Shown here: positions 9,246 to 18,318 of the stretch, piece by piece | Numbering within the stretch: the first letter of the stretch is position 1 | Layout of the letters: every line of letters begins with the position of its first letter | Origin: Candidatus Zhuqueibacterota bacterium | GTDB lineage: Bacteria; BS750m-G25 | Direction of reading: 5' to 3' | DNA: 33,188 bases | Assembly (NCBI GenBank): GCA_016783505.1 | Contig: JADHWK010000023.1 | Location: 1-33,188 of the forward strand | Position numbers and translations under genes: made by a program | Notes under the pieces: model-generated | The model's database searches: none | What the model saw: the letters and a program-made list of their open reading frames with translations, nothing else | What the model was told of the DNA's origin: nothing

Positions 9246-9403
9246 CCCAAATCCGAAAATTTAACACTGACCGAAGGTTCGCCGTGGCGAAAAAACACTG
9301 AATTGTTGATTGTTAACTGCTAATTGTTAAAACCTGGGCTCAAGCAGCAATCAGCAATCAGCAATCATTACCAGTGTCGTTCTGTGCCTTCCGAATCCGG
9401 GAT
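9244..9403. mobile_element. MITE-like repeat, copy 2
   Basis: shares CTGAATTGTT..TTG.TAA.TGCTAATTGTTAAAACCT..GCTC.AGCAGCAATCAG and the TTCCGAATC.GGGATTA end with 4986-5139. Confidence 0.65.
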
Positions 9404-9419
9404 TAAAGGAGGAACTTCC

Positions 9420-9878
9420 ATGGAAATTTGGATTTATCTGGGAAGGCTGGTGTTGTCCATCATTTTAGGGGGTCTCATCGGCTATGAGCGGGAGACGGAG
9501 CATAAACCGGCCGGTCTGCGTACCCTAACGCTGGTTTCCCTGGGATCCTGTCTGTTCATGATCATATCTATCAGGACGGCCCAGGGGTTGGAGAACGTGG
9601 ACCCCACCCGGATCGCCGCCCAGGTAGTGACCGGCATCGGTTTTCTGGGGGCCGGGGCTATCCTCCACGCCCGGGGCGCCGTCTACGGGTTGACCACGGC
9701 GGTCTCCATCTGGTTGGTGGCGGCCATCGGCTTAGCAGCCGGGGCGGGACTGTACATCGAAGCCGTGGTTGTCACCATTTTGGGCTTTATCATCCTGCGT
9801 TCAGCAGAGAAATTCTTGTACAAGAAAGACAAAAAACAGAATGAATCTGTGCTGGACTCCGATGAAGATAAAGAATAG
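9420..9878 (+). CDS. MgtC/SapB family membrane protein
   Basis: IGYERE..HKPAGLRT, DPTRIAAQVVTGIGFLGAG and GLTTA motifs; AAAGGAGG SD before ATG 9420. Confidence 0.92.
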   Translation: MEIWIYLGRLVLSIILGGLIGYERETEHKPAGLRTLTLVSLGSCLFMIISIRTAQGLENVDPTRIAAQVVTGIGFLGAGAILHARGAVYGLTTAVSIWLVAAIGLAAGAGLYIEAVVVTILGFIILRSAEKFLYKKDKKQNESVLDSDEDKE

Positions 9879-9909
9879 TGTGATTTTTTCCCTGCGGCGA
9901 GAAATCTGA

Positions 9910-9937
9910 GCGGGACCCCACTGGTCCCGCTTTTTTT
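9910..9937 (+). terminator. intrinsic terminator
   Basis: GCGGGACC-CCACT-GGTCCCGC stem-loop followed by T7. Confidence 0.85.
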
Positions 9938-9941
9938 ATAC

Positions 9942-9970
9942 TTGCATTTATGGGAAATTTTTGTTAGATT
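9942..9970 (+). promoter_or_regulatory. sigma70-type promoter, probably the selA promoter
   Basis: TTGCAT-17 bp-TAGATT with TG extended -10. Confidence 0.45.
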
Positions 9971-10100
9971 ATTTTAACTGATATTTTCATTTTTCAATTA
10001 TGGTTAAGCGCAACGACGGATATCATCGGCTGGGCGGCGGGGGGAAATGGGGTGATTTTGCATTATCATTAAACTTGATATAAAATATATGAGGTGTATA

Positions 10101-10957
10101 ATGAATAACGATGAAACAAATCAACCACTTAGTAATGGTGACAAAGCCTTTTTATCCAAAATTTATGAAAGCACCTGGGAGAATGTTCGAGGCACTGAAA
10201 AATCTATAATTCAATATATTATCATAATAGTTACAGTAATTGCTATTGTAGCATACTCACTTTACTTTAATAAATCCTACCTTGTTTTTAGCTACAGTAA
10301 TTTCCCAAATCATACTTTTTTGGGGATTAAATTTAATTATTGAAGCCAATTTTGAATATAGAAGGAATCAAAAAAATGTCGTATGTTGAGAAAGATATTC
10401 TTAGGAATTAAATCAACAGAATAATTCCAACTTATTACCATGATGTTAAATATCAATTAATGGAAAAATATAAAATTTATTTCTTTGTCTTTATTCTATT
10501 CATTAGTATTATTCCCTTAATATATTTATATTTTGGGTTTTCATTTCTTTCTTGCCAATTCATTAGGATTGGTTTAATTGGCTTTTTACTTGTTTCCGTT
10601 CTCACTGCCTTTTTTTTGATTTCTTTCAATAGTAGTTGTGATAATAGATTTCAAGCTATTTTATGGAATATCAAGAACAAAATTAAATCTAAACAGCAAA
10701 ACGAAATGGAAGATAATATAATATTTCTTAGAGCCTGTTTTTATGTTCTTCCTTTTCTCATTCCATTCTTTTTACTTTTGCTATATTTTTCTTTAGACTT
10801 TAACTATGATACAAAAATATCCACTCAAAATCACCTCAAAATTGCATCTGTTGTTATCATTCAAATAATAGGTCTAGTTGTCACATGTCTATTCGACAAA
10901 AAAAGGGCATTGGCATTAAACAATTTCATAAAGGAAACTGATAATAGCCGGAGTTAG
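10101..10957 (+). pseudogene. frameshifted AT-rich multi-TM membrane protein gene
   Basis: GAGGTG SD + ATG 10101; the hydrophobic reading continues after frame changes (..FLATVISQIILFWGLNLIIEANFEYRRNQ..) toward ORF 10460-10957. Confidence 0.5.
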
Positions 10958-10960
10958 ACC

Positions 10961-12406
10961 ATGTCCAAACTTTCCCGAAGCTTGCGGACTTCTTTTAGCC
11001 TGACCGATAGTCGAAAATTACTGGCCAACCTCCCATCGGTTGAAAGGATGCTTGTCCTTTGGGAAAAAGAGGGGCTAAAAAATTTTCCTAGGTGGGTGGT
11101 GGCTGAACTCATTCGGACCGAAATCGGCCAGGTTCGTGAAAAGGTGAAACGGGGAAAGCTATCCCGGGTTCCTGACGAAGGGGAACTTTTAGCTTTGGTG
11201 TCGGATAAACTATCCAAACTGTTCTCGCCCAGTCTGAGGAGGGTGATCAACGGGACGGGTATCATCCTTCATACTGGTCTGGGCCGGGCTCCCTTTCCCC
11301 ACGCCGTTCAAGAAAGTCTGGTTAGCCTGATAAATAGTTACACCAATCTGGAATTAGATATTGAAAGCGGCCGGCGGGGGGAGCGGATCAGGCACGTGAA
11401 AAAACTGCTTTGCCTTTTGACCGGGGCTGAGGCAGCGGCGGTAGTCAATAACAACGCAGCGGCTGTTCTATTGACGTTGAACACCCTGTCAAAAAGGAAG
11501 GAAGTCATCGTCTCCCGGGGGCAGTTGATCGAGATCGGGGGTTCCTTCCGCCTCCCTGACGTAATGGCACAGTCCGGGGCTAAGATGGTGGAGGTGGGTA
11601 CTACCAACCGAACAAGGTTATCAGATTACGAAAATGCCATTGGTCCAAGAACACGGGCTATCCTCAGGGTTCATCCCAGCAACTACCGGATATTGGGATT
11701 TACCCAGGAAGTGCCTTTGGAGGAGTTGGTTAGTCTAGGGGAAAAATACCAGCTTCCCATTATTGATGATTTGGGCAGTGGGGTGCTGGTAGACCTGAGG
11801 AAATACGGCCTGCCATACGAGCCGGTAGTCTCCGAGAGCATAAGGAAGGGGGCGGCGGTGGTTTGCTTTAGCGGGGATAAGGTCTTAGGTGGGCCCCAGG
11901 CTGGCATTCTGGTCGGAAAAAAAATCTATCTGGACAGGATTAAAAAGAATTCCCTGATGCGGGCGTTACGCTGCGGCAAGTTGACCTATGCTGTGCTGGA
12001 GGCGGTATTAAAGCTATATTTCGATGAAAAAAAGCTGGTATCCAACCACCCGGTGTTCAGGATGCTGACGGAATCGGCTGAGGACATAGGGCAAAGGGCA
12101 AAGTACTTAGTTGAAAGTTTAAAGTTAAAAATTAAAATTGATAAACTAATAATTAAAGTTGAGGATTCGGAAGCAGAAACAGGGGGAGGGGCGCTTCCGC
12201 TGGAGAAAATCCCCAGCAAGGCGGTTTCCATTAAACCCAAAAGGATTTCGGTTGACCGATTAGCCAAAGCCATGCGGCTAAACGAACCGCCGATTATCGG
12301 ATATGTGAAAGATGATAAATTTTATCTGAACATGAGGACGGTGAGGAATGATGAGGTGGGACTGATCAAGGAAGCTATCGAAAAAATATTTCTGGACGGC
12401 GGATAG
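10961..12406 (+). CDS. selA: L-seryl-tRNA(Sec) selenium transferase
   Basis: VINGTGIILHTGLGRA, VNNNAAAV, SRGQLIEIGGSFRLPD, EVGTTNRT, FSGDKVLGGPQAG (PLP lysine). Confidence 0.97.
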   Translation: MSKLSRSLRTSFSLTDSRKLLANLPSVERMLVLWEKEGLKNFPRWVVAELIRTEIGQVREKVKRGKLSRVPDEGELLALVSDKLSKLFSPSLRRVINGTGIILHTGLGRAPFPHAVQESLVSLINSYTNLELDIESGRRGERIRHVKKLLCLLTGAEAAAVVNNNAAAVLLTLNTLSKRKEVIVSRGQLIEIGGSFRLPDVMAQSGAKMVEVGTTNRTRLSDYENAIGPRTRAILRVHPSNYRILGFTQEVPLEELVSLGEKYQLPIIDDLGSGVLVDLRKYGLPYEPVVSESIRKGAAVVCFSGDKVLGGPQAGILVGKKIYLDRIKKNSLMRALRCGKLTYAVLEAVLKLYFDEKKLVSNHPVFRMLTESAEDIGQRAKYLVESLKLKIKIDKLIIKVEDSEAETGGGALPLEKIPSKAVSIKPKRISVDRLAKAMRLNEPPIIGYVKDDKFYLNMRTVRNDEVGLIKEAIEKIFLDGG

Positions 12407-12618
12407 GATTAAAATTCAGCAAGTTTTAGTTTGCCAGTTCTATATAGTCGGTCGCCTGAACGAACCGATCGAAGCACGAGATCCTATAATCCTTACACTA
12501 TTAGGTAGATTTAGCGATAAGGCTAACTGGTCTAATAAAGCGAAGTTATCTAAAATCTATAAATCTACACTTTAAATTAAATCATTATTTAATTGAGCAA
12601 ACAAATTCCGCTAACCCA

Positions 12619-12636
12619 TCCCGTAGGTTCGGGACT
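12619..12636. repeat. short palindromic repeat TCCCGTAGGTTCGGGACT
   Basis: member of the TCCCGA-N4-TCGGGA family. Confidence 0.65.
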
Positions 12637-12722
12637 AAAACACAGAAAGGGAAGAATTAATTTATAGGTCCTAAATGTCTTCAACATTCGGCAATGTCAG
12701 ATAAAAAATAGAGGATAGTATC

Positions 12723-13472
12723 ATGGTCAAATGGGCGGGAAAGATCATTGGGGGTGGCATTGGGTTTGCCCTGTTCGGACCTATCGGGATGATCATCGGG
12801 GGAATGTTGGGGGATAAGTTCGATAAGAAGGCCGAGTTGCTGAGCCTGTCGAGTCAGGGGCGGGGCTATGGTCCCCGTCCCCGGGGTAAGGTGGACCAGG
12901 GTTCCTTTGCCGTGACCCTTTTGGTACTGTTTGCTCACGTCAGCCGGGCTGACGGCAAGGTGACTTCAGCCGAAGTCCAGTTCGTTAAACGGTTTCTTAT
13001 TGACAAGTTCGGTCGGGTTGAAGCTGCCGACCTCATGCAGATATTCAAGGGGGTAGTGAACCAGCACTACCGGATTGAAGAGGTGGCCTGGCAGGTAAAG
13101 AACCAGATGGATTATTACTCCAGGCTGGAGCTGCTTCACATCCTGTTCGGCATCGCCAAGGCCGATGAACTCATCAGCCCCGGTGAGCTGGAAGCCATCC
13201 AGTTAATTTCCGATCATCTTGGGATAAAAGCCCAGGATCATCTATCCATTAAGAATATGTTCTTCAAAGAGGATAAATCGGATTATAAAATTCTGGGCGT
13301 TTCTTCAATAGCCACCGCAGAGGAGATCAAGCGCGCCTACCGGAATTTAGCCCAGAAATACCACCCCGATAAGGTCACCCATCTGGGAGAGGAGTTTCAA
13401 AAACTGGCTCAGGAAAAATTCGTCCAAATAAAAAAAGCCTACGAAAGCATAAAAAGGCAAAAAGGGTTTTAG
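12723..13472 (+). CDS. djlA: DjlA-like co-chaperone (TM + TerB-like + J domain)
   Basis: N-terminal GGGIGFALFGPIG, ADGKVT..E TerB motif, C-terminal J domain with HPD. Confidence 0.85.
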   Translation: MVKWAGKIIGGGIGFALFGPIGMIIGGMLGDKFDKKAELLSLSSQGRGYGPRPRGKVDQGSFAVTLLVLFAHVSRADGKVTSAEVQFVKRFLIDKFGRVEAADLMQIFKGVVNQHYRIEEVAWQVKNQMDYYSRLELLHILFGIAKADELISPGELEAIQLISDHLGIKAQDHLSIKNMFFKEDKSDYKILGVSSIATAEEIKRAYRNLAQKYHPDKVTHLGEEFQKLAQEKFVQIKKAYESIKRQKGF

Positions 13473-13524
13473 GGGGAAGGAGCTTATTAGCTGGATAGTT
13501 GTAATCATTATATCAAGATAAGGG

Positions 13525-15417
13525 ATGTCTCACATTATCATCGGCACTGCCGGACACATTGACCACGGCAAAACGGAGCTGGTTAAGGCGTTGACGGGGA
13601 TGGACACCGACCGCCTGCCAGAGGAGAAAAAACGGGGGCTCACCATTGACCTGGGGTTTGCCTTCTACGGGGAAAACGCCGCCATTATTGATGTCCCCGG
13701 GCATGAACGGTTCATCAAGAATATGGTGGCCGGGGTGGCCACTATTGATTTGGTGCTGTTCGTTATCGCCGCCGATGACGGCATCATGCCCCAGACAAGG
13801 GAGCACCTAGATATTTTAAACTTATTGGGGGTAAAAAAGGGATTGGTTGCCATCACTAAGATTGATCTGGTAGAAAGGGATTGGCTGGATCTGGTGATTG
13901 ATGAGGTGCATAAATTTGTGGAGGGGACCTTTCTAGATGAAGCACCCATCCTCCCCGTGTCGTCAACAACGGGGGAAGGCATTGAGGCCCTCAGGAAGGT
14001 TCTGGATGGGGAATTGGCCAGGGCGCAAGCCAAACCCTTCCGCCAGCTATTCCGCATGCCCATTGACCGCGTGTTTACAATTAAGGGTTTCGGAACGGTG
14101 GTTACAGGAACCGTCCTGTCGGGAACGGTCAGGGTAGGGCAAACCCTGGAATTGCTTCCCCAGAGAAGGGAAATGAAAATCCGGGGGATTCAGAAGCACG
14201 GGAGGACCGCGGAGACGGCCCGGGCCGGGGATCGAGCGGCCCTGAATCCAATGGGGATCGGTAAGAACGAACTGGCCAGGGGGGATGTGCTGGCCCAGAA
14301 AGGCTATCTTAAGCCCAGTCCCTTTTTGGATGCTCGTCTGAACCTGTTAAAATCGGCCCGAGGGATGAAAAACCGCACCCGGGTGAGGCTTCACATCGGC
14401 ACCAAGGAAATTTTGTGCCGGGTAGTTTTGTTAGAAACGGACCGATTAGAACCCGGGGGGACGGAGTGGGTGCAATTTCTGCTGGAGAGCCCTTACGCTG
14501 CCATCCCCGGTGACGCCTTTGTCATCCGGAGTTATTCCCCCCAGCTCACTATCGGTGGGGGACGGGTTATTCATCCCCATCCACCCAAACACCGGCGTTT
14601 TCAAAGAGATGTATTGCAGTTTTTGCGAACCATGGCGGGGGGAAATCCCCGGGAGATCATCGAGGCGAAACTTATGTTGTCCCGGAAAAATACCCTTCTA
14701 ATGGCCCGCTTAGTGGAGGAGGGAGGGGTGGATCCCGATTTAGTTAAGACCATAATTGCTGAGTTGGTGAAAGAAAATATTATCCTTTCCCTGGATGATG
14801 AAGGAAAGATCCTGTTCCATCGGCAAAATATTAAAAGTGCTTCAGAAGAATTTATTCGCATTATTGAAAATTTCCATCGGGCCCATCCTGATCATCGGGG
14901 GTTGGCGCTGGCGGAGCTCAAAGCCAAGTTTAACCGGGAGGTTCATCCCGCCCTGTTTGAGAAAATCCTTAAAGACTTGGAAAAGGGGAGGAGGATTAAA
15001 CGAGAGGGGAATTTAGTACGGTTGGCCACCTACCGGGTGCGACTCTCGCCCCAGCGGGAAAAATTGATCAATCGAATTGAGGAAATTCTTTTGGATGGAG
15101 GGGTTCATCCCTCGGGGATCCAGGAAATAGCGAAGATGCTGGATACCCGGCCCGGTACTGTCAATGAACTGGCTACTATCATGCAGGATATGGGTAAACT
15201 AGCCCGGGTGGATAATTCTCATTTTTTCCATCAACGGATGATCGAGCAGGCCCGGGAGAAGATCTCCCAATTTTTAAATGAACAGGGTGAAGTTACCATC
15301 AGTGAGGTGGGAAAACTCCTAAATACAAGCCGAAAATATTCCGTTCCCCTGATGGAATATTTTGACGCCGTTGGCTTTACCGAGCGCAGGGGGGACGTAA
15401 GGGTAAAGAAGGGCTAA
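13525..15417 (+). CDS. selB: selenocysteine-specific elongation factor
   Basis: [40 protein letters not shown]-terminal winged helix [13 protein letters not shown]. Confidence 0.97.
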   Translation: MSHIIIGTAGHIDHGKTELVKALTGMDTDRLPEEKKRGLTIDLGFAFYGENAAIIDVPGHERFIKNMVAGVATIDLVLFVIAADDGIMPQTREHLDILNLLGVKKGLVAITKIDLVERDWLDLVIDEVHKFVEGTFLDEAPILPVSSTTGEGIEALRKVLDGELARAQAKPFRQLFRMPIDRVFTIKGFGTVVTGTVLSGTVRVGQTLELLPQRREMKIRGIQKHGRTAETARAGDRAALNPMGIGKNELARGDVLAQKGYLKPSPFLDARLNLLKSARGMKNRTRVRLHIGTKEILCRVVLLETDRLEPGGTEWVQFLLESPYAAIPGDAFVIRSYSPQLTIGGGRVIHPHPPKHRRFQRDVLQFLRTMAGGNPREIIEAKLMLSRKNTLLMARLVEEGGVDPDLVKTIIAELVKENIILSLDDEGKILFHRQNIKSASEEFIRIIENFHRAHPDHRGLALAELKAKFNREVHPALFEKILKDLEKGRRIKREGNLVRLATYRVRLSPQREKLINRIEEILLDGGVHPSGIQEIAKMLDTRPGTVNELATIMQDMGKLARVDNSHFFHQRMIEQAREKISQFLNEQGEVTISEVGKLLNTSRKYSVPLMEYFDAVGFTERRGDVRVKKG

Positions 15418-15676
15418 TGCCGTTCCCGTTTAATAAAATGGGGTCCGTTAATATCAGTAAGTATCTTGCCGTCTATAAAAGGCAACTTCTTTACAAATGT
15501 GTCAAGTTTTGATAGAGTTTTCGCATTTATTCTAAAGGGTGAAAAAGTCCCGTTGCCTGTTTTTCGGTGACGCGGCCAGTATCGGCTTTCGGTGCGGACG
15601 CATCTTGGGATAACGGCCTTCGGTATTCGGTAAGACCGGGTTACCAATAATTAATACCGGGCTTCGATACGGGTTT

Positions 15677-15694
15677 TCCCGAAGCTTCGGGACT
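15677..15694. repeat. short palindromic repeat TCCCGAAGCTTCGGGACT
   Basis: perfect 16-bp palindrome, family member. Confidence 0.7.
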
Positions 15695-15797
15695 AAACGA
15701 ATGACGAATTACTTCCACTACAGCCTTTTAAACCCCCTGAAATTTAATCTCGTTGGTTTAAGGCGAAACTTCGCTAGTATTATGAGGGCTTTTCAAT

Positions 15798-16820
15798 ATG
15801 GTAAAGGAAGCGATGTTCTATGAGAAGGTTGACGGCGGTAAGGTCGTCTGCCGCTTGTGCGCCCATTACTGTAAAATCCTACCGGGAAGAATTGGAATCT
15901 GTGGGGTGAGGGAAAACCGGGAAGGGACTCTGTTTACCCTGGTATATCAAAAGGCCATTTCTACCAGTGTAGACCCGGTGGAAAAGAAACCCGTTTTCCA
16001 TCTCTACCCGGGGTCGGGTTCCTTTTCCTACGCCACAGTGGGCTGTAATTTTCACTGTAAGTTCTGCCAGAACAGCAACATCTCCCAGTTCAGCAAACAG
16101 AGGACAGAATATATCCCGGGGCAGGATATTACACCCGAGCAAATAGTGGCCATGGCTCAGGGGTATGAATGCAGGAGTATCGCCCATACCTATACCGAGC
16201 CGATCATCTTCTTCGAATACGCTTATGAGATCGCCCAAAAAGCCCATGATGCCGATATAAAAAATATTTTCGTAACCAACGGCTATTTTACCGAAGAATC
16301 GTTAAAGGCCATCGCCCCCTATCTGGATGCCGCCAACGTGGACTTAAAAAGCTTTGAAGACCGATTTTATCGCCGATTAGTGGGGGCTAAGCTTCAGCCG
16401 GTTTTGGATTCACTGAAAATGATGAAGAAGCTGGGCATCTGGGTAGAGGTGACCACCCTGATCATTCCTACACATAACGATTCCGAAGATAATTTGAAAA
16501 ATATCGCCAGTTTTATCCACGATGATCTGGGGTCGGAGACCCCCTGGCACATTAGCCGGTTCTACCCCCACTATAAACTGATGGATGTGCCCCCGACGCC
16601 GGTTGCCACTTTACGAAAAGCCCGCCAGATCGGTCTTAAGGCCGGCCTGCGATATGTCTACAGCGGTAATGTTCCCGGGGATGAGGGGGAAAGTACCTAC
16701 TGTTACCAATGTGGAAAAGTACTTATTAAACGATGGGGATATCAAATTCTGGATAATAAAATTAAAAATTCAAAATGCTTCTACTGTGGAGCGGCTATTG
16801 ATGGAGTTGGGATGGGGTAG
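15798..16820 (+). CDS. amrS: AmmeMemoRadiSam system radical SAM enzyme
   Basis: N-terminal C.LC.H.C..G.CGVR.N, DPVEKKP.FH, GCNFHCKFCQN, YTEP, PWHISRFYP, C-terminal CxxC pairs. Confidence 0.92.
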   Translation: MVKEAMFYEKVDGGKVVCRLCAHYCKILPGRIGICGVRENREGTLFTLVYQKAISTSVDPVEKKPVFHLYPGSGSFSYATVGCNFHCKFCQNSNISQFSKQRTEYIPGQDITPEQIVAMAQGYECRSIAHTYTEPIIFFEYAYEIAQKAHDADIKNIFVTNGYFTEESLKAIAPYLDAANVDLKSFEDRFYRRLVGAKLQPVLDSLKMMKKLGIWVEVTTLIIPTHNDSEDNLKNIASFIHDDLGSETPWHISRFYPHYKLMDVPPTPVATLRKARQIGLKAGLRYVYSGNVPGDEGESTYCYQCGKVLIKRWGYQILDNKIKNSKCFYCGAAIDGVGMG

Positions 16821-16917
16821 TGCTTTATGCTTAATAATTCCTTTCTTTTCGAAATGTTACATTACTCAAATTACATGTTATAACACGGCGTTTAGGCAGT
16901 ATCATAATATGTTAGTC
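16821..16917 (+). mobile_element. putative attI-like/promoter module, copy 1
   Basis: ~95-bp repeat with an exact 25-bp core TGTTATAACACGGCGTTTAGGCAGT shared with 20846-20937; ends in GTTAGTC at the start of the first cassette. Confidence 0.5.
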
Positions 16918-16960
16918 CTATCAACTTGATTAGTTTCAAACCAAAATAGGAGGAACTACA

Positions 16961-18139
16961 GTGAAGGCAAGGAAGATTAACGAAAGTATCTACTGGATGG
17001 GTGCTATTGACTGGGATAGACGTTTGTTCGATTCTCTCATACCGCTTCCTGATGGGACGAGTTACAATGCCTACCTGGTTCAAGGAAGCGAGAAAACGGT
17101 ACTGTTAGACACCGTTGATCCCACCATGGTGGATGTTCTTCTGTCCCAATTAGCGAGCGTCCCAAAAGTTGATTACATTGTTGCTCACCATGCCGAACAA
17201 GACCATTCTGGGGCCATTCCCCACGTCCTGGAAAGGTACAAAGACGCAAAGGTGCTTATGACCCCCAAGGGGAAAGGGATGCTCATAGATCACTTGTCCA
17301 TTCCAGAGGATCGGGTGATCGCGGTTAAAGATGGGGAGGTTCTGTCGCTTGGCGACAAGACGCTGGAGTTCATTTTCACGCCCTGGGTGCATTGGCCGGA
17401 AACTATGGTCACCTATCTTCAAGAGGAGCGCATCCTGTTCAGTTGTGATTTTTTCGGGTCGCATTTGGCCACTACCGATTTATACGTTACCGATGAGGCT
17501 CGCGTGTATGAAGCCGCCAAGAGGTACTATGCAGAGATTATGATGCCCTTCCGCAAGGTCATCCAAAAGAACTTGGACAAAATCGGTAGTCGTGAAATCG
17601 CTCTGGTAGCGCCAAGCCACGGTCCCATCTACGACCGACCAGCTTTTATCATAAACGCCTACCGAGGCTGGATCTCGGAGGAGCCCCAAAACGTCGTAGT
17701 TCTCCCATACATATCCATGCACGGCAGTACCAAGAAAATGGTGGAATACTTGACCAGTGCGTTGACCGAAAGAGGGATCACAGTTTACCAATTTGACTTG
17801 GTCGTGACTGACATTGGAAAGTTGGCGATTGCTCTGGTGGATGCCGCCACCATTGTAATTGGGACGCCTACGGTTCACCTTGGGCCACATCCTCTTGTTT
17901 TCTATGCCGCACACTTGGCCAATGTTTTGCGCCCTAAACTAAAATTCGCCTCGATTATCGGGTCCTACGGCTGGAGCAGTAAAGCGGTTGAACAGATTGC
18001 CGGGTTGATTCCGAATCTGAAAGTAGAGATATTGAGTCCAGTACTCTGTAAGGGATTTCCCAGAGAGAGCGATTTTGATGCCCTGGACAAACTGGCGGCT
18101 GCCATTGCAGGCAAGCACAAGGAACATAACTTGATCTAG
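16961..18139 (+). CDS. fprA: FprA-type flavodiiron protein (MBL + flavodoxin), cassette-borne
   Basis: GTSYNAYL, HHAEQDHSG, VHWPETM, SCDFFG, APSHG, YISMHGST, GSYGW. Confidence 0.92.
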   Translation: MKARKINESIYWMGAIDWDRRLFDSLIPLPDGTSYNAYLVQGSEKTVLLDTVDPTMVDVLLSQLASVPKVDYIVAHHAEQDHSGAIPHVLERYKDAKVLMTPKGKGMLIDHLSIPEDRVIAVKDGEVLSLGDKTLEFIFTPWVHWPETMVTYLQEERILFSCDFFGSHLATTDLYVTDEARVYEAAKRYYAEIMMPFRKVIQKNLDKIGSREIALVAPSHGPIYDRPAFIINAYRGWISEEPQNVVVLPYISMHGSTKKMVEYLTSALTERGITVYQFDLVVTDIGKLAIALVDAATIVIGTPTVHLGPHPLVFYAAHLANVLRPKLKFASIIGSYGWSSKAVEQIAGLIPNLKVEILSPVLCKGFPRESDFDALDKLAAAIAGKHKEHNLI

Positions 18140-18164
18140 CGACACTTTTTCAAGATGGGAAGCG

Positions 18165-18295
18165 GCCTAACAAGCGGTTGCATCCGACCGCACTTTCGAG
18201 GTGGTTTTTGGAGTCTTTTTAGCATTTGGAAGGTGTCTTTCTGTGTTTCATCCGTCGTATGAGCCGCGCGGAGGCTGAGCTCCATTCCGTTATAC
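18165..18295 (+). mobile_element. integron attC site (131 bp)
   Basis: R'' GCCTAAC, left arm GTTGCATCCGACCGC, right arm GCGGAGGCTGAGC, R' GTTATAC. Confidence 0.8.
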
Positions 18296-18318
18296 CTATA
18301 AAAAATGGAGAAAATATT

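Noticed and set aside
15414-15740. 77-aa minus-strand ORF or IS-end relic (GGGTGAAAAAGTCC...)
   Set aside because: No recognisable motif, and the terminal IR match is too weak to call
12407-15797. tRNA-Sec (selC) in the spacers around selA and selB
   Set aside because: No TCA anticodon arm with cloverleaf or T-loop context was seen on either strand
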